A DNA stretch of 64,000 nt from the human T2T-CHM13v2.0 reference genome, Homo sapiens. The stretch lies in the NCBI RefSeq assembly GCF_009914755.1, contig NC_060926.1. One strand, written 5' to 3'. Below are positions 1-11,170 of the stretch, piece by piece. The translations under genes were made by a program, and so were the position numbers. A model generated the notes under the pieces. That model made no database searches and was not told the origin of the DNA. It worked only from the letters and a program-made list of their open reading frames with translations. The number at the start of each line of letters is the position of its first letter. Position 1 is the stretch's first letter.

Positions 1-529
1 TTCGTTTTATATTTAAAGGTTTGCTGTGATTTGGAGAAGTCAGGTGACTTGCTAAGGGATACACAACTAATTAGTTCCTTAGCCAGAACCAGATTCTCTG
101 CCTCCTAACTCCACAGCATGTGGCAGGAACCAGAGCCATACAGGAAAAGCAAAAGTGCTGTAACATAATGTTGAGGTATTTTAGGGACATGATCTCACAT
201 TGGAGTCTTTTTCAAGACTTTGTGCTGCCAAATGTGTTTAGGAATAAATTCGCATCCCTGATCCCCTGTATCCTGCAAGGGTTATGCTGTAATTGACCTC
301 ACTAGGAAAAACCCACTTGTGCTAGAAATGCATCGCTGCAAAGAAGTCAGCTCACCTATGGAGTTGCTCAATCCAGAAAACAAAACTAAATGAAGGTTGG
401 AAGAATTTTTGAAAAGACCAGGAACTAAGACAACAAATATTCTTTCTTGACTTGTGAGTTTCTTCTGTCATTCTTCCATACCATATATTAGCACAATAGA
501 GAAACATAAAGAAAAGTTTGTTTTTATTA

Positions 530-569
530 GTTTGTTGTTGTTGTTGTTGTTGTTTGTTTGTTTGTTTTT
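530..569. repeat. (GTT)n/(GTTT)n microsatellite
   Basis: gtttgttgttgttgttgttgttgtttgtttgtttgttttt read directly. Confidence 0.95.
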
Positions 570-949
570 AACATTTGTTTTTCTAGTCTGTGCCTAAGAG
601 ACCCATATAGGAACTGGAACTTTAGTTAGCTGTATCTTCAATAGAGCTAAGGCACGTTGCTTGAATAGTGCATAATGGTCTCTTACCTAAGGCACATCTA
701 TTAACCAGTTAATGCATTCTGTCAGAACACAGTAATTCATTACTTATTAATGTATGTGCTACTGATACATCAGTAAATTATGTAAGTCTTTCACATCATC
801 CTACCATTTGAGAGAGACCATGGCTCTTGTTCACTGAAAGTTTTATATCTAATAAGGTTGGATAGGAAACAACCAACCAACCAACCTATATTTCAGTTTG
901 GGAAATTCCCCCACCCCAGTCAACTCTATCTTAGCATTCCTTTAAGATT

Positions 950-1230
950 TATTTCAAGTGTCTGTCACCTCTTTTTTCTTTTTTGCCTGACCTTCCATAA
1001 ATGGGCCATGTCCTCTTCCTCCTTGCTCTGAAATTACTCTGTACTTATTGCAATTATAGCACTGATCACGTCACACTGTGGTCATAGGCTTAGGTGTCTT
1101 TCTCCTCCATTAGACTGAAAACTCTTCAACGTTAAGGACTGTATTATATTTATTTTTACATTCTGCATATAAGAATATAGAATGCTTAGATGCCCTAGTA
1201 ATGTGGCAGTGAAGACAATTAAATACATGC
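950..1230 (+). mobile_element. LINE-2 3' end fragment (old)
   Basis: ctcctccattagactgaaaactcttcaacgttaaggactgt resembles the L2 3' tail motif (ctagactgtgagctcc...gggcagggac); boundaries approximate. Confidence 0.55.
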
Positions 1231-1589
1231 CAAGCAGCTGTACATTTCACATGGATAAGGATCATGCCATGTTCATGTTTGCATCCAAGAGAATTCTAAG
1301 CATGGCACAGGGCAGAAACACAGTAAGTTTAATTAATAAATGTGCATGAATAGAAAGTAAATTGAGGGTAAAAACCTTATACGTTAATAACAATAAACAA
1401 AAAATATATCTCTTTTTATTTAAAGACTAAAGAAATTTTATAGACAATGAGAAGGTGTTAGCTAGCTGAAAACCCTGAATTCTGGACAGAGAGAAAAAAG
1501 GAGGCAGAAACCTCAAATGGAAGACAAGTTACATACAGACATATCAATGAGAATGAATCCAGCATGCTTAAAGAGAGGTTGGTTAGAAT

Positions 1590-1940
1590 ATTGCCACATA
1601 GGTGGGTAAGTCCAGCCAGTCAAACCTAAACAAGGTTCACAAAGCCATAATTTATAGGTTTTTGAAGATATGTGACAAGAAACATGAGGTAAATACAGAT
1701 TAATACCCCAATTTTAGTCAGTCGAATTTAGGTATTTCCTGGAGAAGCAATGACAAGCTTCTACAACAATCTGCAGATGATATACATGTTTTACTTTCCT
1801 AATTAATGCTAAATGGAGGGTGCAGATTTGTTAATGATGATAGAATTTTCACATTCAAACAAAACTTAGCGATGTACAAAAATTGCAGTTTTTAAAATTT
1901 CTTTGGCAATGTCTAAAAATACATAAGGTCTTGTGAATAT
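1590..1940 (+). mobile_element. possible CR1/L3 LINE fragment
   Basis: aagtccagccagtcaaacc and ctaaatggagggtgcag...gatgatagaattttcacattcaaa weakly resemble recalled L3 RT-region consensus. Confidence 0.3.
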
Positions 1941-2169
1941 GACTTAATTAGTTACTCACACTTTAGTCCATCATGTAACAGGTGTTAAATTTACAAATAA
2001 ATTTACCAAACTAGAAGACTCAGATCTTTCCTACCCATGACTATGCTATCTGACTAGACTTTCTCTAAAGTTATGAGAGTTAACTTCCTCCATAAAAAAA
2101 AAACAGCCTCTGCCTGGGAACCAGATTAGTCTCATTTCAAATATCTTTTGCATAATTATCACAAAGGAT

Positions 2170-2310
2170 ATGTAACATTTCCAAGCCTGATCTTCATCTG
2201 TGAATACCTACCTTAAAGGATTGCTGTTAAGATTAAAAGTAGTAATTTATATAAAGTTTTGAGCCTACTATCTGAAATATATTGGACACCAATAAATGCA
2301 ATACTTATTT
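2170..2310 (+). mobile_element. MIR SINE fragment
   Basis: MIR core cttcatctgtgaa...acctaccttaaaggattgctgttaagattaaa and 3' end caataaatg. Confidence 0.7.
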
Positions 2311-2542
2311 ATTGTAATTTACATATTCATTGTCATTCCTTTATTTATTTATTCATTTTGTGATTACTATATGTTTTTTGTTCTAATGTATGTGCTAGTG
2401 ATACATCAGAAATTATGCACACAAAAATCTCTAGTCACAGTTGTTTCTATTCCGCTGGGGAGAAAGAGAAAAACAAATCAGTTAAATAAAGAAGCAAATT
2501 CTATAATATCTACTATAAATGATAATTGCTAAGAAAGAAGAT

Positions 2543-2903
2543 TGATATGGTTGGGCTGTGTCCCCACACAAATCTCAACTTGAATTATAGCTGTCATTAT
2601 TCCCACGTGTTGTGGGAGGGACCCAGTGGGAGGTAATTGCATCATGGGGATGTGTCTTTCCAGTGCTGTTCTCATGATAGTGAATAAGTCTCACAAGATC
2701 TGATGGTTTTGTAAATGGCAGGTCCCCTGCACATGCTCTCCTGCCTGCCACCATGTAAGATGTGACTTTGCCCCGTCTTCTCCTTCCATCATGAGTGTGA
2801 GGCTGCCTCAGCCATATGAAACTGTGAGTTGATTAAACCTCTTTCCTGTATAAATTACCCAGCCTCAGGTATGTCTTTATTATCAGTGTGAGAACAGACT
2901 AAT
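2543..2903 (+). mobile_element. THE1B solo LTR (ERVL-MaLR)
   Basis: Starts tgatatggttgggctgtgtccccacacaaatctc, contains attaaacctctttcc...aaattacccag, ends gagaacagactaat; ~360 bp as for THE1B. Confidence 0.92.
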
Positions 2904-3299
2904 GAAGGGATAAACCAGGGAAGGGGATAGGGTTGGTTAGAGGTAGGGAAGTTGCAATTTTAAGTAAGGCAGTGAAGAAAAGACTCAATATTAGGAAACA
3001 CTGTGCCAAAGCTTTTAAGAGGATGAAAAAGTAAGCCACTTGTGTATCTAAGAGAGAACATTCCAAGCAGAGAAAGAAGCCAAGCACAGTAGACCTGAAG
3101 TGGTGTTGGCTCCACCTGGTTTGAGACCAGCAAGGAAAATGTCATAGAGTGAGCAGAGGGATCTGGGAGAGCTGAAGATAGATTCAGAGAGGCAGTGGTG
3201 CCAGCCACTAAAAAAGTGAATAACTTTCGTTTTATTTCTCCGTGGCATGAGTATAATAAAGAGAATTAAGCAGAGAAATGACATGACCTGACAGATGAC

Positions 3300-3475
3300 T
3301 TTTTTTAAATTATACTTTAAGTTCTGGGGTACATGTGCACAAAGTGCAGGTTTTTTACATAGGTATACATGTACCATGTTGGTTTGCAGCACCCATTAAC
3401 TCATCATTTACATTAGATACTTCTCCTAATGCTATCCTTCCCCCTGCCCCCAACCCCATGACAGGCCCTGGTGTG
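3300..3475 (-). mobile_element. L1PA (approx. L1PA7/8) 3' end fragment
   Basis: poly-T then attatactttaagttctggggtacatgtgcac...cctaatgctatcc; typical L1PA 3' UTR antisense. Confidence 0.9.
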
Positions 3476-4092
3476 GCTGACACGTTGTTTTTATAAGGTA
3501 TTTCCGACTGCTCGATAAAAACAGACTGCCTGGGAGTGAGAACAACCAGTTAGGATGGGGGCAGGATGGGGGTAGCGGAAGGACTGAATGGGGTCAGAGT
3601 TCTGGATTAATTGTAAACATATCAGACATGGAGTGTGAAGTGAAAAGCAGTGTCAAGAATGATGCAAGGTCTTTGTCCTAAACCAGTGTAAGAATGGAAT
3701 TGCTGTAAGGGGTATACAGAAAATAGCAGAAGAAGCAACCATGCCTCTCTTGGGGAGCTTCGTGCCTCCCCAAGAAAACTGTAAGTTCTACACAAGCCAT
3801 ACCACGACTTGTGCCATGACATGTCTCCATCCCACTTGTGTTTCCAACAGTTTCAGAATAAAATTCTGGTCTTTGTTACCAGCAACAAAAAATACTTGAA
3901 CAGAAAAGGAGCTAACATTTGTTATGGCCTCTGTAACACTACACAATGGAAAGCACTTCACATGGCCTTCTTTCATTTTGTGTTTGAAGGGTGTTGTGAC
4001 ATTGATTTTATTATTAAGAAAAACTCAAGACTCTGAGTGGTCTGTCTACATTTTCCACTGAAATTATCTATGACCTCTGGCATCCAAAGCAC

Positions 4093-4222
4093 AGGATATT
4101 ATTGTTAAAACACATCCCAGATCTATAGAATCAGAACTTCTTACTTTCAGCCCTGGGAATTTGAATTTTTAACAAGAATATGTGATAATTCAAATGCACA
4201 CCAAAATTTTAGAATGACTACA
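4093..4222 (+). mobile_element. MER5A/MER5B hAT-Charlie DNA transposon fragment
   Basis: cccagatctatagaatcagaac...tttaacaag...aatgcacaccaaaattttagaatgacta. Confidence 0.6.
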
Positions 4223-5119
4223 AATCATAACTGGATGACTGACTGATAATTAAAAAGGAATTAGGTGGTAGGATACATACATCCTCCATAGTAGCTATAA
4301 TTATATCTCATTGTTATAGTTCTAGACATTCTTTTATTAATATTTAAATACGTGATTCTGTAGGAAAGATCTGCACATAACTCCTTACTTTACCACTAAC
4401 AAGCTGTGTCAATATAGATATGTCCAATTTCTCCCCAGACAAGGAAGAATAATATATGCTAGTCTCATTGAGAGCATTGTATGAAAAGCATTCAAACCAC
4501 ACCTCTACTTACAGATGAGAAACAAAAATTGACTTGCCAGATAATATATTCTTCTTTTAGAGGAAAAACACTTAAACCCACAAGTAATATCTGTCCTTGA
4601 TATCATCCTGTCATGGCTAAATTAGTACTTGTTTAAAATTTTGAAGTAACCAAAACTTCTCATTAATTTCAACCCAAGAGTTGGCATGCATTTTCTTTTT
4701 AAAGAAATCAGAATTAAGGACTTGCTTTGGGGAAATAAGGTAATTCATAATAAAGAAACAGAAGATAATTATTATTTAAACAAATAAAAATAAAGGAACT
4801 ATATTTAGTTCTGTTATTCAAACTGTTTTGTTAATCACTCCCTGTCTACCACCCGTGATGTTCACACATTGTTTGAATTAGAAAAACATAGGTCTATCCC
4901 GGAGGCAGATTTAGCTCTACAAACAACCCTAATAGTTTTGGTAAAGTAAGGGGTTTAATGAAAATCTTTCCATTATGCTCATTAATGGCAGTCTAATATT
5001 GGAAGTTTGAGTGCAGTGTTTGCCTGTGCCTCTTTTTCTAAAGTAGGATCAAGTTTCAATAATGACGTATGCGCTTGTCTGTGCATAATTCTCACTGAGC
5101 TAGACCTCCATTTATTTAC

Positions 5120-5406
5120 CAGGGTAGACTTTTCTGATGCATGTTCTAGGGGACACTAGAACATGCATCAGTGTTCTCTCAGACACTGGTGATGCTCTAA
5201 GGTCAAGATTTTATAGGAAATGTTTTTTTTTTCTTTGAATATACCATACACTTTAACAAAATAAAGTGTCTGAGACAACCTGCAGTAAATAAGTATGTTT
5301 GATTTTGTCTAACCTGATGATACCAATCTCATTGTATCATGGAACTGTTTTATCACCCAACACTGCAGTGAAACCAGGTATCATAAAACACCCTTGAGAA
5401 GCACTG
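5120..5406. mobile_element. Charlie4a/Charlie4z-like hAT DNA transposon relic
   Basis: tctgagacaacctgcagtaaataag...tttgtctaacc...catggaac...aacacccttgagaagcactg matches recalled Charlie4z (ctctgagaagtcctgcagtaaagaaacc...ggaacacactttgggaaatgctg). Confidence 0.6.
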
Positions 5407-8400
5407 TTATCAGGTTAATATACGGGTGGCTCTGACCATAAGTGTCAGTAGGTTTGCTTGAGTACATATAACGGCCATATCAGTTCACATTTTCAGAGGT
5501 TATCCAAGTATTCATTCTAAGAACTATGAGCTCTAGAAAGTTATCACACTTCCTATTGTCATTGATCCTACTGTGATCCAGGTGCATTGGTAGACACTAG
5601 GAATATTGCAGAGAATAAAATCTCACAGCCACTCACAACAATTGGGGAACACAACCATTTAGCAACTTAAGGTGTGATGAGGTTTAACTTAAATAATGCA
5701 AAAGAAGACAACAGGACAGCGCCTGGCAGTTGGCATATCCTCCAGTTTTTTTCTCTCCTTTATTCTGCCCTCCATACTGGAAAGTACATGTAAGGAGGCA
5801 ATGAAGAGGTGACATCCATAGCATGCCCTGGTGAAAGCTTAGCATCAATTCCCTGACATCTGCCTATGGAAAACAAGCAGAGAAGAACCAAAGTCCAGAA
5901 GTGGGCATAAGGTGGGTGATAAGTAGACTGAGGCGAAGACATAAGCATGAAGGTATACTCCCAAAGAGAACTAAAGGTAGCATTTAGGGAGCAGGAAGGA
6001 AGCCCATCCTCCCCAACCTCTGCCCCTAGTCCTACAGAAATGAGACTCCAAGTGAAGCAAATCAGCAAATGAAAATAGAGAAAAGATTTTTTGTAAACGT
6101 AACAATGCTCATGGGTTTTAGAGCCAGGAAAATAGTCGTCCATTCATTGAACTGAGAGAAGATGATGGTCAGTGACCCACAGGGGCTGACCTGATATGGA
6201 GGCCCTGGCCACTGACTTATACTTCTCCAAGGACTCCTATGCAGGAGTCAAATCAGCCTCATGCCTGGGACAGAACTCCAGGTAGGGGACAAAAGGCAAT
6301 CCAGAGGGCTCTAGATTGATAATACCCCAAGGCCAACTTGCTGAACTTGATTTGTCAAACATATCAGTTGGCACCATGCACGATGTCTGACAACCTATCA
6401 GGAGAAAAGGGGAAGTCAAACTGAGCCCAGAACAACAGGCTCCCACCTTTTAGACTTCAAGCCTGAAGTGGGGATGTTGAAGGTTATGAGGAGGATTTGG
6501 GAATAAAAACAGTATATCATCCCCACTTCATTGTCAATGATAATGACAGTTAAAGTTATACCCCATAGGGTAGCCACCAGAGCTGGTCTCTGTACTTTCT
6601 CCCTAGGGGTCTTAGGCATATGCACATGCACAAACACAGAGATACACACACAGATGCACACACACTCTCTGAAACCAAACCAGGAGTCTGTTGCTGCTCC
6701 TTTGGGTAGAATCATGTGGTAGCCTTCAGGTAAGCTGACCCAAACTGCTGCTGATACACACTGTCCAACAAAGGGATTATATGGTAACCTAGTCATTTGA
6801 GGAATTCTTTTCAACCGATTTGTTTTTTGCAAATTGTGCTGCTTCCATCAAAGCAGGGGGGTAGGCCTTTCTATGAACCCCCCATGTATCTTTCTCAGGG
6901 CATGTTACTGCACCAACAAATTGTGGCCATTGGAAAAGTCTGCTTGCTAGGTTGCCAAAGTATAATAAATGTTATTTGAGAGTGATATATTTTGGTTATT
7001 CTCTCTTCCTGTCGCTACAGCCACAGCCCAGAGTGGAGCAGGGGTGGGAGGTGCTATCTACCCAGCTTCCTAAATCCTTCTACTTCCTGGGAGGTCCACT
7101 CAATCATCTTACCTTCATTGGCGCATCTGCTTGAAAAATACTCTTCCTCTTTCACTCTGTTTCGAATGCTGATTTCTTTGGTGAGGTGATATAAAGAAAT
7201 ATGGATGATTAAACTAGTTTATGTTAAGGTATGAGTGACTCATCACTCATTTGATGCACCAGTGAGTATTGCATCTTAATGAAAACTTTTCTGGCAATGA
7301 TAATGACAGTAAAGAATTTCCTATGGGAAGCGGGGGCACAAACTACCTTTCTGCCTAGCATTTTCTAAAAAAAAAAAAAAAAAAAAACATATTTTTTTAA
7401 ATGCCTATCTTTTGTCTTGGTCTTTACAGCTGATATGAAATTTGAGGTGACTTTAAAAGTACAGAAAAAGAGAGAGAGGAATAAATTTCGGTCTAGAACG
7501 ATCTTCTCATAACTGGCTTTAATAAGCAAAACTTCTGCAAGAAGCAAAAATGAACCATTCTAACAGAGCAGTGAAACTCTAAGAAGTATAGCTAATGGAG
7601 AAGCCATACAAAAATAATGAACTATGAGTTTCAATCGTCAAACTAACGCCGCATCCTTGTGTCAGAAACACTAATCAAGTTGAGAGCATCTGGTTCATTT
7701 TTGATTTTTTTTTCTTAAGTAACCAAATTAGTCACCCATACAATATTAAATCTCTTGTTCATTATCCATAAAATGTTTTGCTTTAGTTTAGAATAGAAGT
7801 TGCTGAAATTAAGCAGAGAGTGACACAAAGTTATAACTAGATTTCCTGTAAATGAATGTCTTAGTATGGCATATATTTTCATTTTCTTAAATGCAGTTGG
7901 CATCACACACATCATGCTTCCTGCAGAAAATTCAATTTTGGTACTAAACACAGAAACATTTCTGTAAATTTTATTGTCCCATATTATCTATTGTAATTTT
8001 ATATTTTCTTGAAAGTTCAGTCACTTTGCTAGAAAAGGGGCCAACTGCACGTGTTATCCTCTTGCTAATTTAAGTGTGAGTGTGAATGTGCGTGATGGAT
8101 ACTTAATAGAGGATCTGAGTTTAAGTTGGGTCAGATTCAAGACTGTGTTTCCACATCACTGAAGCTAAATTGGGCTCTAATTTTTTGAGCTATCACTGAG
8201 AACACTGGAGATTAAGGAAAGAAGGTGACGTGGATCGCAAGAGCAGGAGACTACACTTTTCATCGTTCAAGCTAGGGATAGATGAAGGGAGTTTGCACAT
8301 CACCCTGTACTACTAATAGAGGGCAGGAGACTGACCTGATTGTGGCAAGGGAAAGAGTCTTGAGAGACTCCTTTCTGCACTGCTGTGTGTTGGTGAGGAC

Positions 8401-9639
8401 ATTCTGCAGGGAGAAGGCCAAGTAATACCGCATGTCAGATAAGGGAACAGGATTGCTGCTCTGAGTCTATGCTCAGTGTGCTTTTTTCCAACACTATAAG
8501 CAAAAGAAAGATGTAAATTTGCATTGCATATCTATGATGAGTTTTCAAATTACTCTGTCTCTTATTGCATACTTTCTGGGAAAGGAAAGATAATATTTAG
8601 TCTTCAGGAGAATTTTATACAAGCTGTTGTTCCAAGGAACATGACAACTACATGGAGAACACATACTTGGTGACTTGAATGCTCAGATCTATCATATGCA
8701 TCAGCTCTCTTGGACAATATAGGACATTGTGCTGCTTTTGATTTGTTTGTTGATTTGTTGTTAATGTTTCACGCCCCAACCTTACACATTCTTTCTTTAG
8801 TTATGTTAACATCACCACTTAAGCTACAGCCAAGTAAATTCTGCTGTCCATTCAGGAAATGCTCTGACTCTTCGTAGGTATTAGGAATTAAGAATACTTT
8901 GGTAAAAAGCCAACAGCATTTTCTTTATCACTTACTTTCATTCTTAGACATTGCCTTCAGTGGCAGGAATCCTCTCCAGAATCCTCTTTACTTCTAAGCA
9001 ATGTTATAGACACACAGATTCCCAGTGCTATTGGAGCTGTCAAACCTATCACCAGACTAGATGGTTGTTCCATTTTAGATAATAAAGTTTAACAAGCAAC
9101 AACATACACTGCCCACTGACCTCATAAAACCATCACATATCACTACAGGGCTTTCATTTGGCAACCTCTAAGCAGAGTTGGCTGCCGTGAAAAGTTCACT
9201 AAGAACCTCAGGCTCTTGGGTTATGATGGAAAATGTCATCCACAACTGATTTCCCATTAAACTGCACTAACCACAGCTGGGCACATCTGAGGCTCAGCAC
9301 CCCTTTTATTCACCTTCAGTTGGCTTCTCCACACACCTTTTGGCAAAGACGTTTCGCCCTCCCAGTGCTGAGATCCTTTCACTTTCAACAGATGACCATT
9401 GTCCAGTCCTTCTCTGAGACTACTTAGGCCTTTTTACACAACTTTTCTACTTCAAAATTATTTTTTTATCCATTATATCTTTCCTCTCCTCTTCCTTTTT
9501 CCTCTCTCCTGTTTTTCCTTTATGTTTGCTTCCATTTAAAATTAATAAGCATCTATTCAGTGTTTATTAATCCAGGTAATTTACAATCTAAGGCAAATTC
9601 CCTCCTGTCTCAGAGGAAGTGCCCCTCCTCTCCCTAAGA

Positions 9640-9910
9640 TGAGACTTACAGCTCGAAGCAGGTGCCACTTGTTCTGAGAAGTGTTCTCTGAAATCTCTAG
9701 GCTGATTGGATTATCTTTCTATGTTATCAGTGACCATGGGCTGACCTCTCTCCTCAGCAAACTCCAATGTAATTGTAATTTGCTGTTCTACTGCTGACTT
9801 CACTCATCTCTGATCTCTCTTTGAAGAAAATGGCTGCCTTTGGTCATTCCTGTGCTTTGCATAGCATTAGGCACATAATAAGTTCTTAATAAATAAATAT
9901 TTATGGAATT
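9640..9910 (+). mobile_element. LINE-2 3' end fragment
   Basis: gcattaggcacataataagttcttaataaataaatatttatggaat = L2 terminal motif. Confidence 0.6.
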
Positions 9911-9936
9911 ACACACACACACACACACAAACACAC
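9911..9936. repeat. (CA)n microsatellite
   Basis: acacacacacacacacacaaacacac. Confidence 0.95.
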
Positions 9937-10200
9937 TTTGTTTCTGACACCTCTCTATCCTTTTCCAGGATCTTGATGAATAAATTATTCACTGTCTCTG
10001 CCTCAAACATTTCAGCTTTCTACCATGTATTTTAAAAAGGAAATAGCTGTGAATGTGCTTAATCTTTGTAGCTAAAATCAAAACCTTTGAAAAAAGTAGA
10101 TTTTCTTGACTCTGATGAAAAATTTTAAATGCCCTTCATTTCTTGGGGAATCATTTGTATTTGTTCCCTAATTTATTACTTCTAATGCACCATTCTACTC

Positions 10201-10386
10201 CAGTGGTTCTCAAAATGTGATTCCCCAGTGGGCATCATTGTCATATCTTATAGGCTTGTTAAAGATGCAAATTATTTTTCCTCATCCAAGAACTAATGGA
10301 TTAGAACATCTGGGATGGACCCAGTCTTCTGTATTTAATAGGCTTGCCCAGTAATATCAAGATGTTCTTATGTTAGAGAGCCATTG
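10201..10386 (+). mobile_element. MER5A DNA transposon
   Basis: Terminal inverted repeats cagtggttctcaaa ... agagagccattg; internal ttgttaaagatgcaaatt; ~186 bp. Confidence 0.8.
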
Positions 10387-10529
10387 TGCTTCTTGAATTG
10401 CCCTTCCCAGTAAGATTTATGACCTTGGTTTAGCAGTCAAACTAAAAAACAACTTTTCTGTTCTTCTACTAACGGATATTTAGAAAATTTTCACATATCT
10501 CAATAATGAGGCACATACTAGGAACCATG

Positions 10530-11170
10530 GTATGACTTACAGCTAAAATGGTACTTACAGGAAAACTTATAGCATTAATTGAAACTATTACAAAATACTA
10601 ATTCATATTTTCTCCGTAAGTGTTTAGAGTGCTTTTATATTTCTAGATATTTGGGAGAACATTTTATTGGTTTCTAATTTTATCATGATAATAAAATATG
10701 ATTTGTGTGATATTGATTCTGTTATTGTTTGGGATTTTCTTTATGACCTAGAACATGATTGATATTCCTTCTGTGCCTGGTAGGTCTCTATCTATTATAT
10801 ATCAAGTTTGATAATCAGGTTTTGATAATCTTCTATAAAAGCTGATTTTCACATTGAAATAATTATTACTGATAGTAGTTTAAATTGTGGATTTGTTAAT
10901 TTTGACATATTCTTTTGTCACATTTTGCTTTATGTATTTTGATGTTATATATTATGTATGTACAAGTTTAGAATTTTTATATTTTGATTGAACATTGTTC
11001 TTTTTTATTATTTATTCTTTTTATTACTTAATCATAAATTTTTATCCATAAATATTTTTATCTGTAAATTTTTTTGCCTTACTATTATTAACATAGCTAC
11101 AGTAACATTATCTTGGTTATTATTGGACTGGTTTTTTTTTGTACTTTTTATTAGTGTTTTTCTGCTTTAA
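10530..11170 (-). mobile_element. old L1M (L1ME/L1MC-like) ORF2 fragments
   Basis: T-rich degraded antisense ORF2 text (tttgctttatgtattttgatgtt, attattaacatagctac); ~10530-10590 looks plus-strand. Confidence 0.5.

Larger units (their letters stand above)
2340..3740 (-). mobile_element. LINE-2 fragment interrupted by THE1B LTR and an L1PA 3' fragment
   Basis: tttatttattcatt tail, purine-rich L2 antisense text (agaacattccaagcagaga, agtgtcaagaatgatgcaaggtctttgtcc) on both sides of the inserts. Confidence 0.65.

Noticed and set aside
5471-5479. acggccata resembling the 5' end of 5S rRNA
   Set aside because: Only 9 nt match; downstream sequence does not continue the 5S pattern.
5760-6832. Minus-strand ORFs of 127 and 138 aa in non-L1 sequence
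   Set aside because: No recognisable domain; composition (CVCICVC from a CA-rich tract) indicates chance ORFs.
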